From Actinomycetota bacterium (lineage in GTDB: Bacteria; Actinomycetota; Thermoleophilia; BMS3ABIN01), in NCBI GenBank assembly GCA_016235065.1, contig JACRMB010000010.1, positions 6,281 through 70,280 on the forward strand: DNA of 64,000 nucleotides, given 5' to 3'. Each line of letters begins with the position of its first letter. The stretch's first letter is position 1. The notes beneath the pieces are model-generated. The model ran no database searches and had not been told where the DNA came from. It saw only the letters and a program-made list of their open reading frames with translations. Of this stretch, positions 18,496 to 29,457 are shown one piece after another. Both the position numbers and the translations under genes were made by a program.

Positions 18496-20739
18496 TCACG
18501 CCCGGCGCAGCCATTCGATCGACTCCCCGAAGACACGCTCGACCTCATCCCGAAGCAGGGCATTCTCAGGCCGCTTCAGCTCCGGATCAGCCTCAACCAG
18601 CTCCGACGCCTTCTCACGCGCCAGCTTCAGGACCTCCTGGTCGCGGGAAAGCCGGGCCAGGCGCAGGTCCGGCAGCCCCGACTGCCTGGCGCCGAACAGC
18701 TGGCCCTCGCTGCGTATCTCCAGATCGATGTCAGCCAGAGCGAATCCATCCGCGGTGGAAGTCATGGCCCGCAGCCGCTGCTCCCCGGACTCGGTCTTCG
18801 GGTCGCCGAACAGCAGGCAGCAGGACTCGTGCTCGCCCCGCCCCACCCGCCCGCGGAGCTGGTGCAGCTGCGCCAGCCCGAACCGGTCGGCTTCCTCCAC
18901 CAGCATCACCGTGGCGTTGGGCACGTCCACACCGACCTCGATCACTGTCGTCGTGACCAGCACCTGGACCTCCCCGGCGGCGAATCGCCGCATAGTCTCC
19001 TGTTTGGCCTGCGAAGGCATCTGGCCATGAAGCACGGCCACACGGTAGCCGGCGAACTCGCCGGCGGCCAGGCGTTCGGCTTCGCTCTCAACCGCTTTGG
19101 CTTCCAGCGCCTCGGATTCCTCGATAAGCGGGCAGACAACAAAGCACTGCCTTCCCGCGTCCAGCTGTTCCCGGATGAACCCGTAGGCGCCAGACCGCTT
19201 CACCTCGGGCACCAGCCAGGTCCTGATCCGCTGCCGCCCCGCCGGCATCATGCTTATCGTGCTCACGTCCAGGTCTCCGTATAATGTCAGCGCCAGCGTC
19301 CTCGGGATCGGCGTCGCCGTCATGTGCAGCACGTGCGGCGTGACACCTTTCCTCGTCGCCTTGTCGACCAGCTCATCGCGCTGGCGGACACCGAAGCGGT
19401 GCTGCTCGTCGACGACGACGACCGCGAGCTGACGGAAACTGACGTCCTTCTGGATCAGGGCATGGGTTCCCACGGCGATATCGACCTCACCCGCGGCCAG
19501 CTGGCTGAGCAACGCCTTCCGTTCCGCCGGCCGCAACCGGCTGGACATGAATGCGACGCGCACGCCGAGCGCCCCCAGCATCCGCTCCAGACTGAAAAAA
19601 TGTTGTTCCGCCAGCACTTCGGTGGGAGCCATGAGCGCCGCCTGGCGCCCATCCTCGACCGCCCTCAACATCGTGTAGACGGCCACGACCGTCTTGCCCG
19701 AGCCCACGTCGCCCTGGAGCAGCCGCTGCATCGGCGCCTCGTTCCTCAGATCAGCGGAGATCTCCTTGCAGGCACGGAACTGGTGCTCAGTGAGCCTGAA
19801 CGGCAGCGAACGGACAAAATCCCTGGTAAGCCCGCCGACCTCGCCCAGCGCCACTCCCCGCCGCGCATTCCGGAACTGCTGGCGATGGCTCAGAAGCCCT
19901 ACCTGCATCAGATAAAGTTCCTCGAAGACAAGACGCGCCTCCGCGGTCTTGAAGTCAGCCGCCGACCGCGGGAAATGCATCGAGATCACGGCATCGGAGC
20001 GCCACGGCAGCATCAGCTCTGCTCTCAGCGCCGATGGCAGCGGATCCGACAGGCGCGCCGCCAGCGACCGCACCCGTCCGAGCCAGCCACGCAGCCGTTT
20101 TACCGATATCTTCTCAGTGGTGGGGTAGACGGGAACAAAACCGGTGGTGTGCAGACCCCCAAGGCCCTGATGAGCCCCGGCCGCAGGTAACCCCGCGGCC
20201 TCCGCCTGCGCGCCATCCTCGCCATGGGGCCGTGCATCCCGCTTCGCCAGCAGCTCGTGGCTTCGCACTTTATAGATACAGGCGCCGGCACCCTCGTAAG
20301 TGCCGCGCAACATCAGCTCGTCTCCCGGTGACAGCTGGTCCGCCAGATAATCCTGGTTGTACCAGACCGCTTCCATATAGCCGGTCTCATCCTTCACCAT
20401 CGCTTTGACCAGCCGCAGGCTGCGCCGACGAGTCCGCTGCAGGGCCACCTTCGCCACCATGCAGCGCACAGTAGCCTCCTCCCCCAGCTTCAGCTCGCTG
20501 ATCTGCTTCTGGCTGGTAAAATCCTCATGTCTGGAAGGAAAATGGAGCAGCAGGTCGCCCAGCGTCTCAAGACCGAGTTTGCTGGCGGCTGCAGCCAGGG
20601 ATGGTCCGACTCCCGGCAGCGTGGTCAGGGGTTCATCCAGCTCGGGAGGGTTCCGGGATGACTTGGAAGTGTGGGGAAGTCCAGTGCTCCGGAGTGGCTC
20701 AAGCCCGGCGAATTCGGTAAGGCACCGGGCTTTGTTCAT
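18496..20739 (-). CDS. recG: ATP-dependent DNA helicase RecG
   Basis: [24 protein letters not shown] and QLRGRVGR. Confidence 0.97.
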   Translation of the reverse strand: MNKARCLTEFAGLEPLRSTGLPHTSKSSRNPPELDEPLTTLPGVGPSLAAAASKLGLETLGDLLLHFPSRHEDFTSQKQISELKLGEEATVRCMVAKVALQRTRRRSLRLVKAMVKDETGYMEAVWYNQDYLADQLSPGDELMLRGTYEGAGACIYKVRSHELLAKRDARPHGEDGAQAEAAGLPAAGAHQGLGGLHTTGFVPVYPTTEKISVKRLRGWLGRVRSLAARLSDPLPSALRAELMLPWRSDAVISMHFPRSAADFKTAEARLVFEELYLMQVGLLSHRQQFRNARRGVALGEVGGLTRDFVRSLPFRLTEHQFRACKEISADLRNEAPMQRLLQGDVGSGKTVVAVYTMLRAVEDGRQAALMAPTEVLAEQHFFSLERMLGALGVRVAFMSSRLRPAERKALLSQLAAGEVDIAVGTHALIQKDVSFRQLAVVVVDEQHRFGVRQRDELVDKATRKGVTPHVLHMTATPIPRTLALTLYGDLDVSTISMMPAGRQRIRTWLVPEVKRSGAYGFIREQLDAGRQCFVVCPLIEESEALEAKAVESEAERLAAGEFAGYRVAVLHGQMPSQAKQETMRRFAAGEVQVLVTTTVIEVGVDVPNATVMLVEEADRFGLAQLHQLRGRVGRGEHESCCLLFGDPKTESGEQRLRAMTSTADGFALADIDLEIRSEGQLFGARQSGLPDLRLARLSRDQEVLKLAREKASELVEADPELKRPENALLRDEVERVFGESIEWLRRA

Positions 20740-20853
20740 GGCCTCTCCTTCTTGCAATTCCGGAGCGGCTATAGCATAATGTCGCCTTGTGTAAAAAGCA
20801 AGGAGCGTCGGCCCCCGGAAACGGCTGCGGCGCCTGAAAAGCAAGGAATACCG

Positions 20854-21081
20854 ATGTCAAGAGTATGTACAGTCTGCGGCAAGAAGCCCGGCTACGGAAA
20901 CAACCGCAGCCACTCCAACAGAGCGACCCGTCGCCGGTTCAATCCGAACCTGCAGAAGATTCGCATCGTCCAGAACGGCACTCCGACCCGCGCCTATGTC
21001 TGCGCCAAGTGCATCAGCGCCGGCAAGGTACAGAAAGTCGCGGTAGGCAAATCCAGCGAAGCTGCAAAGGAAGCCGTTTAG
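20854..21081 (+). CDS. rpmB: 50S ribosomal protein L28
   Basis: [21 protein letters not shown]...RRFNPNLQ...CAKC. Confidence 0.96.
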   Translation: MSRVCTVCGKKPGYGNNRSHSNRATRRRFNPNLQKIRIVQNGTPTRAYVCAKCISAGKVQKVAVGKSSEAAKEAV

Positions 21082-21123
21082 AAGAAGCGTCTGGATAACA
21101 GGCGACATCTGATTCAGGCACCT

Positions 21124-21150
21124 AAGCCTCCTCCGGGAGGCTTTTTGTTT
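21124..21150 (+). terminator. Intrinsic terminator of rpmB
   Basis: AAGCCTCC-TCCG-GGAGGCTT followed by TTTGTTT. Confidence 0.75.
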
Positions 21151-21321
21151 TCCTCTGCCAGGCTCCTTGATTATGAACACACTGGCGTGCCGTCGCAATA
21201 AATAAGGACATTCCCCGAGCCGCATAAGCTACTTATTCGCATTTCCGGACCGAAACTTAAAATAGATTGCCTGTCATAGCTGGCTCCAAAGAGCCGGCAC
21301 GGTTCGAGAAAAGGGGTTGAG

Positions 21322-21708
21322 ATGGAATCAGAATTTTCGTTTACATTAGGTGTCGTACCAACTCTACTGATCAGTCTTGCGGTTTATGTGTACTACTCAT
21401 ACTCGTTGATGGTGATCGCCCACAAGACGGACACTGGTAGCGCCTGGATGGCGTGGGTGCCGATCCTCAACCTGCTGCTCATGTGCAGGGTCGCCGGAAG
21501 GCCCGGATGGTGGCTGGTGCTGATGTTAATACCCCTGGTTAACATTGTCATGATGCTTGTCGTCTGGATGGGCATCGCCGAGGCCAGAGGCTTCGCCAGC
21601 TGGTGGGGCATCATGATGATCGTCCCGTTCGTCAATGTCATCGTTCCGGGATACCTGGCTTTCGCTGAAGGGCATGGGGTGTCGCACGGAACCCCGATCC
21701 ATCACTGA
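21322..21708 (+). CDS. DUF5684-like small membrane protein (paralog 1)
   Basis: AWMAWVPILN...PGWW..L.LIP.VN...YLAF pattern. Confidence 0.8.
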   Translation: MESEFSFTLGVVPTLLISLAVYVYYSYSLMVIAHKTDTGSAWMAWVPILNLLLMCRVAGRPGWWLVLMLIPLVNIVMMLVVWMGIAEARGFASWWGIMMIVPFVNVIVPGYLAFAEGHGVSHGTPIHH

Positions 21709-22005
21709 AAACCGGGCGGTATCGCACTGGTTGCGGTTCGCTCATTGATACAGGAACGCAAACGAGCATCGCGAGAATCAGCATCAGGCAGCACGCGAGA
21801 CCCCCCATCCGGGGGGTTTCGCGCTGCCAGGCCCGCAAATCCCTGATGCCGGCTGGTGCCAATCGGGCGGCATCTTCGCCAGTCCAGCAGCATCATCGCC
21901 TGAAACGGCGACCTCCATGCAGGTTATTGAGCATCTACTGCGAAAAGAAGAATAGAAAAGCAGCAAAAGACTTGAATCAATTACAGAAAACGGAAAGGAG
22001 TGGTA

Positions 22006-22353
22006 ATGGAAGCTGAATTCTCTTTGGGCGGAGGACCGGTTCTTATCCTCTGGGCAGCGATCTACGTCTACATGGCGTTCTCGCTGATGACCATCGCCAA
22101 CAAGACCGGCACCGAGAATGCCTGGTTCGCGTGGGTGCCGATCCTTAATGTCATCCTTATGCTTCAGATCGCGGACAAACCGATATGGTGGATCATCCTC
22201 TTTCTGATCCCGATCGTGAACATCGTCATCGCCATCATGGTATGGATGGCGATCGCCGAGGCCAGGGGTTTTCCAAGCTGGTGGGGCATCCTGATGATCG
22301 TCCCGTTCGTCAACTTCATCGTGCCCGGATACCTGGCTTTCGCCGAACCCTAA
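22006..22353 (+). CDS. DUF5684-like small membrane protein (paralog 2)
   Basis: Strong similarity to paralog 1. RBS AAGGAG. Confidence 0.82.
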   Translation: MEAEFSLGGGPVLILWAAIYVYMAFSLMTIANKTGTENAWFAWVPILNVILMLQIADKPIWWIILFLIPIVNIVIAIMVWMAIAEARGFPSWWGILMIVPFVNFIVPGYLAFAEP

Positions 22354-22639
22354 GCCGGACAACCGTCACAACGACGCTGCCCATATAAACTACGTTTGAA
22401 CGGAAAAGCCGCCATCCGGGGGCTTTTCCGCTTTCTGCGTCAGTAGATCTCCACCAGCCAGCCGGCGTCCTGCCGGCAATAATCCAGTCATACGGACCAC
22501 CCGGTTATCGGATGAACTGAATCCCACAGTCCTGCTCAATTATCAGCCCACGATGCCGACAGAGGGTTAAGCCAGAACCAGCCGAAGAGTGGCATGCTCC
22601 ACGCTTCACAACAGATCAATAAAAAAAGGGGTGTTCTTT

Positions 22640-22981
22640 ATGAGGTCTTCAGGAGGATCCGATTTTATCATCATCGCCGGGCTGATTCTGTATGCCTGGC
22701 TTACTTGCTGCCTGTACCGGATAGCAGTGAAGGTAGGCATGCATAATGCCAGCCTTGCCTTCATCCCCTTAGTAAACATGATGCTGATCTGCGCCATGAT
22801 AGACAAGCCTGCGTGGTTTGCAATATTGTTTTTTATTCCGGTGGTTGGCTTTTTCTGGAGCATAATCGTGTGGATGAGACTCAGTGAGGCTGTCGGGCAC
22901 TCACAATGGTGGGGGCTGGCGATGTTGTTGCCTGTCTTCAACCTGGCCATACCCGGATACCTGGCGTTCTCCAGATCCTGA
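22640..22981 (+). CDS. DUF5684-like small membrane protein (paralog 3, diverged)
   Basis: LAFIPLVN...KPAW...QWWG...IPGYLAFS. Confidence 0.75.
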   Translation: MRSSGGSDFIIIAGLILYAWLTCCLYRIAVKVGMHNASLAFIPLVNMMLICAMIDKPAWFAILFFIPVVGFFWSIIVWMRLSEAVGHSQWWGLAMLLPVFNLAIPGYLAFSRS

Positions 22982-23079
22982 GCCGGACAGCCGTCACTAC
23001 GACGTCTGCCAAAATAGGGTTTCATCTTTTGTTCGAAGGGGAGAGTAACGCGAGACAACATCTGTCTGACGGGAGGAAT

Positions 23080-23568
23080 ATGAACTTCAGGCTACATAAG
23101 TCGGCTGCGTCAATGGTGCTTCCCATTTTGCTGGTGGCAGTCGCCATCACTATCGCTGGTTGCGGCAGCGAAGGCACAACATCAGTGGAAACGAAAACCG
23201 CTACGGCCAGAACCGTGCCTGTGCGGACTACCACGGTGAACACAGGGACGGTGACAGTCACGGAAGCAGACGAGGGATCTACGGTGAACCTGGCTGCAGG
23301 AGCTAAGCTTCAGGTCTTACTGAAAAGCAATCCAACAACCGGATATCACTGGGTCGCTTCGGCGGACCAGGGCTGTCTGCAGCAGGCGGGGGATGCCGTC
23401 TACACGCCTGATCCGAACCCTGAAGGCATGGTCGGCACCGGAGGGAAGGACACCTTCACATTCAATGCCGTCTCGCCGTGCCAGGCCTCCCTGTTGATGA
23501 ACTACCTGAGTCCGGCCAATCAGCCGTCGGAAACGACCTTCAGCATCACCGTCAATATCACGGCATAG
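23080..23568 (+). CDS. Lipoprotein, chagasin/I42 cysteine-protease-inhibitor family
   Basis: Lipobox IAGC, Thr-rich linker, LKSNPTTGYHW and GMVGTGG. RBS GGAGG. Confidence 0.87.
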   Translation: MNFRLHKSAASMVLPILLVAVAITIAGCGSEGTTSVETKTATARTVPVRTTTVNTGTVTVTEADEGSTVNLAAGAKLQVLLKSNPTTGYHWVASADQGCLQQAGDAVYTPDPNPEGMVGTGGKDTFTFNAVSPCQASLLMNYLSPANQPSETTFSITVNITA

Positions 23569-23598
23569 CATGTTGGCATGAAAGCCGGAAGCGCCACC

Positions 23599-23626
23599 AA
23601 AAAAGCCCCCGTGACGGGGGCTTTTT
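23599..23626. terminator. Bidirectional terminator between the chagasin-like gene and ribH
   Basis: AAAAAAGCCCCCG-TGA-CGGGGGCTTTTT. Confidence 0.88.
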
Positions 23627-23689
23627 CATTGCTATGAATTCCGTGCTTCTCGGCTGGCCGCATGACGCGTCCCGCCATCGCAGCCCTGC

Positions 23690-24166
23690 CTACTTCATTG
23701 TCTTTACCAGCTGGGCCATCTCGATGGCGCCGGCTGCTGCCTGCCAGCCCTTGTTGCCGGCCTTGGTGCCAGCCCGTTCGACGGCCTGCTCGATGGAATC
23801 GGTTGTGAGCACACCCATGGCTACGGGCACCTTGGTATCCATGGCGATCTTAGCGATGCCCTTGGATACCTCACCGGCCACATAATCGAAATGAGGCGTG
23901 CCGCCACGGATGACCGCGCCCAGGGCGATCACGGCGTCGTACTTGCCGCTCTCGGCCATCTTGGCCGCCACCAGCGGGATCTCGAAGGCACCGGGGACCC
24001 AGGCTACCTCGATAGCGCCCTTGCCGGCTCCGTGCCTGATGATGCAATCCACAGCGCCGTCCAGCAGGCGCAGAGAGATGAACTCGTTGAATCGGGCGAC
24101 GACGATGCCGAACTTCAGGCCCTTGGCATCGAGCATCCCTTCGTAACTCTTGTATTTTTCCGCCAT
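23690..24166 (-). CDS. ribH: 6,7-dimethyl-8-ribityllumazine synthase
   Basis: [13 protein letters not shown] and [12 protein letters not shown]. Confidence 0.97.
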   Translation of the reverse strand: MAEKYKSYEGMLDAKGLKFGIVVARFNEFISLRLLDGAVDCIIRHGAGKGAIEVAWVPGAFEIPLVAAKMAESGKYDAVIALGAVIRGGTPHFDYVAGEVSKGIAKIAMDTKVPVAMGVLTTDSIEQAVERAGTKAGNKGWQAAAGAIEMAQLVKTMK

Positions 24167-24226
24167 CAGCTGATCCTTTCTGTCAGTTTTTCCGGTCCTG
24201 CGGCTGCGAGTGGCCTGCCGCCGGTT

Positions 24227-25516
24227 TTACTCGCTCGTCTTTTCCTCTTCCTCGCCCTCGAACCTGAGGTCCTGGTGATGGAGGATATGTCCCATCTTCG
24301 CCTTCTTGGTGGCGAGGTATGCCACGTTCTCACACTGGGGCGGCATCTCGATTGGCACTCTTTCCACGATCTTGAGCCCATATCCTTCCAGACCCTTGAT
24401 CTTTTTTGGGTTATTGGTCATCTGGCGGATAGTAGTCAGACCAAGGTCCACCAGTATCTGGGCGCCGATGCCATAATCGCGAAGGTCAGCGGGAAAGCCG
24501 AGCTCCTCGTTGGCCTGGACCGTGTCCATGCCCTGCTCCTGCAGTTCGTAAGCACGCAGCTTGTTGAGGATGCCGATGCCGCGTCCTTCCTGTGACATGT
24601 AAAGCAGAACGCCCTTGCCGTCCTCGTCGATCATGCGCAGCGCATGGTTGAGCTGCTCACCGCAGTCGCAGCGCATGGAGTGGAAGACATCGCCGGTCAG
24701 GCATTCCGAGTGCACCCGCACCAGCACGTTCTCCGCGCCGTCCACGTCACCCTTGACCAGAGCCACATGCTCCTCATTATCCAGCAGGCTGCGGAAACCG
24801 ATGGCGCGGAAGTCGCCATATCTCGTCGGGAGCCGCGCGTCGGCGACACGCTGCACCAGCTTCTCGTTCTTGCGCCGGTACTTGATCAGGTCGGCGACGG
24901 TTACCATCTTGAGGTTGTGCTTCTTGCAGTAGGGGATCAGGTCCGGCACTCTCGACATGGTGCCGTCCTCGTTCATGATCTCGCAGATGACGCCGGCGGG
25001 CTCCAGCCCGGCAAGACGCGCCAGGTCGACGCCGGCTTCGGTCTGGCCGGTGCGCTCAAGCACTCCGCCCGGTTTGGCCCTCAGTGGGAACACATGGCCG
25101 GGCTGCACCAGATCAGTGGGCTTGGCGCCTGGCTTGATGGCGGTCTGGATGGTGTGCGCCCGGTCGGCTGCCGAGATGCCGGTGGTGACGCCGTGGCGCG
25201 CTTCCACGGAAACCGTGAAGGCGGTACTGAAGGTGGCCTCGTTGTTCTGGACCATCTGGGGCAGGTCGAGTTCGATGCACTTCTCCGGGGTAAGGGTCAG
25301 GCAGATGAGCCCGCGCCCGTACATGGCCATGAAGTTGATGGCGTCCGGCGTGGCGAACTGGGCTGCCATGGTCAGGTCACCCTCATTCTCCCTGTCCTCA
25401 TCATCGCAGACGACGACTATCTTGCCGGCCTTGATGTCCTCGATTGCTTCTTCGATGCTGCTGAACGGCGAGTCCGCAGCTTTTGCTTCCTGGTTTTCCA
25501 TTTCCTTTTCTCCCAT
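24227..25516 (-). CDS. ribBA: DHBP synthase / GTP cyclohydrolase II
   Basis: [25 protein letters not shown] and QEGRGIG. Confidence 0.97.
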   Translation of the reverse strand: MGEKEMENQEAKAADSPFSSIEEAIEDIKAGKIVVVCDDEDRENEGDLTMAAQFATPDAINFMAMYGRGLICLTLTPEKCIELDLPQMVQNNEATFSTAFTVSVEARHGVTTGISAADRAHTIQTAIKPGAKPTDLVQPGHVFPLRAKPGGVLERTGQTEAGVDLARLAGLEPAGVICEIMNEDGTMSRVPDLIPYCKKHNLKMVTVADLIKYRRKNEKLVQRVADARLPTRYGDFRAIGFRSLLDNEEHVALVKGDVDGAENVLVRVHSECLTGDVFHSMRCDCGEQLNHALRMIDEDGKGVLLYMSQEGRGIGILNKLRAYELQEQGMDTVQANEELGFPADLRDYGIGAQILVDLGLTTIRQMTNNPKKIKGLEGYGLKIVERVPIEMPPQCENVAYLATKKAKMGHILHHQDLRFEGEEEEKTSE

Positions 25517-25642
25517 TTTTCCTTCCTGCTCCCTAAGTTGTTTGACACTTTGCAGTATTTCTATTGCTGACACTTTATATATTCATACAATCGCTATTCG
25601 AATCAGCGGACCCCTGAAGCGGTCCCGCCTGACAGCCAGAAT

Positions 25643-26296
25643 CTACAAAAATCCCCCCTCTGCCAGCTTTTCAAGGGTCAGGCCGCCTTCGCCATGGCCT
25701 CCGGGAAGACCGCCGCGCATGATCTTCTCAACATACTTGCCCAGCACGTCGGCCTCAAGGTTCACAAAGTAGCCGACTCCATGGTGGCCAAGGGTTGTGA
25801 CTTTGACCGTATGCGGGATCAGCGAGACGCTGAACTGCTCTCGCTCCAGCCTGGCGATCGTCAGGCTGATGCCGTCGATGCCGATCGAGCCCTGGGGCAG
25901 CAGGTAGCGCCGGATCTCTTCCGGAGCTGAAAATGTATAAAAGATAGCGTTGCCTTCAGGACGGATGGAGACGATCTTGCCGACGGCGTCAACGTGGCCC
26001 AGCATCAGATGCCCCCCGAGCCGCGCCGAAAGCGTCAGAGCTCTTTCCAGGTTGACGATGCTGCCACGCTTGAGATGTCCCAGGTTTGTCTTCCTCAGGG
26101 TCTCGGGCATCACGTCGGCTGAGAAAGTGCCGCTGCCAAAATCCCTGGCGGTCAGACAGACACCGTTGACCGCGATGGAATCGCCCAGCTGGCATCCCTC
26201 GAGGACCTTGTCCGCTTCCACTGTGATGACGCCCGAGTCGGAACCCATCTCCAGGCTGACGAGCTTGCCAAGTTCTTCAACGATACCGGTGAACAT
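25643..26296 (-). CDS. ribE: Riboflavin synthase
   Basis: MFTGIVEE and SIAVNGVCLT. Confidence 0.97.
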   Translation of the reverse strand: MFTGIVEELGKLVSLEMGSDSGVITVEADKVLEGCQLGDSIAVNGVCLTARDFGSGTFSADVMPETLRKTNLGHLKRGSIVNLERALTLSARLGGHLMLGHVDAVGKIVSIRPEGNAIFYTFSAPEEIRRYLLPQGSIGIDGISLTIARLEREQFSVSLIPHTVKVTTLGHHGVGYFVNLEADVLGKYVEKIMRGGLPGGHGEGGLTLEKLAEGGFL

Positions 26297-26332
26297 CTAG
26301 CGAACCTCCTCGCTGGGGAAAAGAAAGGCCAT

Positions 26333-27457
26333 CTACCATTCCTCCTGAGTGGTGTAAGCGGTTATCAGCACGTCATCGCCGACCGCCTTGTGTTTGACCC
26401 TGTAAAGCGGCGTCGCCTCGCCCACCAGCCGGAAACCGCGCCCTTCGACCGGAGTGCGCGCATCCTTGCCGCCGATGAATTTCGGCGCTACAAAAGTCAT
26501 GACCTTGTCGATAGCCCCGGACTCCACGAAAGAAGCCGCAAGCGTCGGTCCACCTTCAAGCAGGAGGCTGAGGGCAGCGGGCTCGCGGGAGCCAAGATGC
26601 AGCAGCGCTTCGCCTACGTTCACCTGGCTGTCCAGGGTCCCGGTCCGGACGACCTCGACTCCGGCGTCCTTGAGCGCCTTCACTTTTTCCTGGGTTGCGG
26701 CCTCGGTGACGAAGACCAGCGTCGCTACTTCACCGGCGGTCTTCACAAGCTGGCTCTCCAGGGACAGTCCAGCCTTCGAATCGAACACGACCCTTAGAGG
26801 TTGCTTGTAATCGCCGGGTATGCGGCAGGTGAGCATGGGATCGTCTATCTGGGCGGTGCCGCTGCCACAGGCGATGGCGTCGACCTCGCCCCGGAGCGCA
26901 TGTACCAGCGCCCGGCTTTCCTCGCCGGATATCCACTTGGAATCGCCAGTCGAGGTCGCTATCTTGCCATCCAGGCTCATGGCGCTCTTGAAGATGACAA
27001 AAGGCAGCCCGGTAACCGCATGCTTGCGGAAGGCTTCGTTCTGGGAACGCGCCCGGGCGGCCAGCAGACCGTCGAGCACTTCGACTTCGATGCCAGCCTC
27101 ACGCAGCTGCTCCAGGCCCTTGCCATTGACCTTCGATGACGGATCGAGAGAAGCGACGACGACCCGGGCGATGCCCGCATCGATCAGCGCGTTGCTGCAT
27201 GGGCCTGTGCGGCCATGATGGCAGCAGGGCTCGAGGGTCACGAAGATAGTGGCACCCCTGATGTCGCCGGTTGCCGATTTGATCGCGGCCACCTCGGCAT
27301 GATCGTCTCCGGCACGCTTGTGATAGCCCTCGCCGATGACTTCCTCGCCACGAGCGATCACAGCACCCACGGTAGGATTGGGGCTGGTCTTGCCCCTGGC
27401 CAGATCGGCCAGGTTGAGCGCCCTTTGCATGAAACTTATGTCGAGTCCGGTAACCAT
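26333..27457 (-). CDS. ribD: Riboflavin deaminase/reductase
   Basis: PNPTVG, HAE, TLEPCCH, SLDGKIA and EGG. Confidence 0.97.
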   Translation of the reverse strand: MVTGLDISFMQRALNLADLARGKTSPNPTVGAVIARGEEVIGEGYHKRAGDDHAEVAAIKSATGDIRGATIFVTLEPCCHHGRTGPCSNALIDAGIARVVVASLDPSSKVNGKGLEQLREAGIEVEVLDGLLAARARSQNEAFRKHAVTGLPFVIFKSAMSLDGKIATSTGDSKWISGEESRALVHALRGEVDAIACGSGTAQIDDPMLTCRIPGDYKQPLRVVFDSKAGLSLESQLVKTAGEVATLVFVTEAATQEKVKALKDAGVEVVRTGTLDSQVNVGEALLHLGSREPAALSLLLEGGPTLAASFVESGAIDKVMTFVAPKFIGGKDARTPVEGRGFRLVGEATPLYRVKHKAVGDDVLITAYTTQEEW

Positions 27458-27703
27458 GTATGATCGTCTTCCCTTATCGCCGCTCGCGGCTACTTCTTTA
27501 AACAGGCCGCTCCTGCTGTTTCCTGAGCAGGCCGCCCCATAGATACTGAGGCAATCTGCGATTCACGTCTGCGTTTTTATTCAGCGAAAGGCTTCGGGGG
27601 GATCATGAGGGGGATGAAGACGTCCAATTTCATCTGCTACCGGGAGGCCGCCCATAAAAAAATCCCGGGCAGCAACAACCCCGGGGGCAAACACGCGCTT
27701 AAA

Positions 27704-27816
<113 letters not shown>

Positions 27817-27957
27817 AATGCTGATAATCAGCTATTCAGTTTTTTAGGGCCGATAATGCAGGCCGCACAGAAAAATAATAACAGAAAAACGGGGGAAGAT
27901 TCCAGACCTGCCAGTTCAGAGCCGCCAGTCAGGATGACAGCCTAGGGAAACAGTCAG

Positions 27958-28647
27958 CTAACCGGCCGCGCGCGCGGCCATGGAAGCCATCAGGCTTCGC
28001 GCCGCGGCAGCCTGATCGCTGGCGCCAAATACGGCCGAGCCGGCAACGAACAGGTTGGCACCGGTGTCCAGAACGGCTTCGATGGTATCAGGAGCAACGC
28101 CGCCATCCACCTCGAGTCCTACATGGTCGGGCAGCAGCTGGCGCGCCCGGGCTATCTTTGGCAGCACCGAGGCGATGAACTTCTGGCCGCTGAAACCGGG
28201 ATTGACCGTCATCATCAGGGCGAAATCGATGTCGCCGGTGACCTCCTGCAGCACGTTTAGCGGCGTCGCCGGATTCAGTGAGACGCCCGCCTTGCAGCCG
28301 GCAGCGCGGATCTGCGAGAGGGTCATGTTCAGGTGGGTGCAGGCTTCGGCATGGACGCAGATCCAGTCCGAACCGGCCCTGGCGAAATCGTCGATGTACC
28401 GTTCGGGCGCGTCTATCATCAGGTGAACGTCGAGGACGCCGCCAGCGTCGTGCACAAGGTCGCGGATGCCCTCGATCACTACCGGCCCGATGGTGATGTT
28501 GGGGACGAACTGGCCGTCCATCACATCCACATGGATTACCCTGACTCCGGCATCCATCACCCGCCTGATGTCCTCGCCCAGGCACGAGAAATCGGCCGAG
28601 AGGATCGACGGGGCCAGCTGGTAGCTTGTGATCAGTTCGTCGTTCAC
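27958..28647 (-). CDS. rpe: Ribulose-phosphate 3-epimerase
   Basis: APSILSADF, HVDVMDGQFVPN, MTVNPGF and VDGG. Confidence 0.96.
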   Translation of the reverse strand: MNDELITSYQLAPSILSADFSCLGEDIRRVMDAGVRVIHVDVMDGQFVPNITIGPVVIEGIRDLVHDAGGVLDVHLMIDAPERYIDDFARAGSDWICVHAEACTHLNMTLSQIRAAGCKAGVSLNPATPLNVLQEVTGDIDFALMMTVNPGFSGQKFIASVLPKIARARQLLPDHVGLEVDGGVAPDTIEAVLDTGANLFVAGSAVFGASDQAAAARSLMASMAARAAG

Positions 28648-28689
28648 GGGGGTGATTCTAGCATAGATGCCACCGGCGTCGCAGCCTGT

Positions 28690-29106
28690 CTAGCGGCGGC
28701 TGGATGGTCCGAGCACACCAGTGATGAACAGGCTGATATAAAAGATCATGTATATCGCCAGCAAGGCGACGACGACTGCGCCGATGATGATCGCCCAGCG
28801 AGCGTACTTGCGCCCTTCTTCCGGAGATTCACCCCGGTCGATCTTCTTCAGTTCCATGACGCCGAGGATGATCCCCGCAAAAGCAGTCGCGCAGTTGGAA
28901 AAACCCACCAGAGACAGGATGAAGGCCAGGATAGCCATGTTGCCCGGACCGGTTTTCTTGACCCCGACGCCGGAGTTCGCGCACGTGCGGCAGTATAAGC
29001 TGCCATCAGGAGTCGTCATGGCGCAGCCGTAACAGAAGCTCCTGCCGCAACTGGCACACTGGCCGGCGGCAGGTTTATCCGGATGGTTTACGCAGGTCTC
29101 GCCCAT
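28690..29106 (-). CDS. B-box-like Zn finger plus DUF4190-like membrane protein
   Basis: CxxH...CxxC..CxxC...CxxC N-terminus, then two TM helices with GIILG...I...G...ARWAIIIG. Confidence 0.75.
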   Translation of the reverse strand: MGETCVNHPDKPAAGQCASCGRSFCYGCAMTTPDGSLYCRTCANSGVGVKKTGPGNMAILAFILSLVGFSNCATAFAGIILGVMELKKIDRGESPEEGRKYARWAIIIGAVVVALLAIYMIFYISLFITGVLGPSSRR

Positions 29107-29444
29107 CAGCTCCCCGTGTTGAATTCCCAGGAATAGTCACCCGTGGCTACCAGCACTATCGCCAGGATCAGATTGATCACCAGGGCGGCAATGCCGATGA
29201 TGACGCCCGCCTTGGCCATCGACTGGCCTTTGATGGAAGACTGGCCTTTCTTGATGTTGCCCAGCTCGACGATGCCGATCACGACGCCGGCCAGAGCCGG
29301 GACGCTGCAACAGAAGATCCCCAGGATCGACAGCACCAGTGAAGCAGTGGCAAGGCCGCTTGCTTTCTCAGGACGGGGCGGCATGCCTCCTGGCGTCACC
29401 GGTCCTGTCGCGGGCATTTGCGGTGGTGGTGTGCCTTCCATCAT
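29106..29444 (-). CDS. DUF4190-like membrane protein
   Basis: Pro-rich N-terminus and GLATASLVLSILG...G.SMAKAGVIIG. Confidence 0.8.
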   Translation of the reverse strand: MMEGTPPPQMPATGPVTPGGMPPRPEKASGLATASLVLSILGIFCCSVPALAGVVIGIVELGNIKKGQSSIKGQSMAKAGVIIGIAALVINLILAIVLVATGDYSWEFNTGS

Positions 29445-29457
29445 CAACCTCCTGGCA

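Noticed and set aside
24166-24381. 71-aa ORF bridging ribBA and ribH
   Set aside because: It is mostly an alternate frame of the ribBA 3' end, with no RBS or motif.
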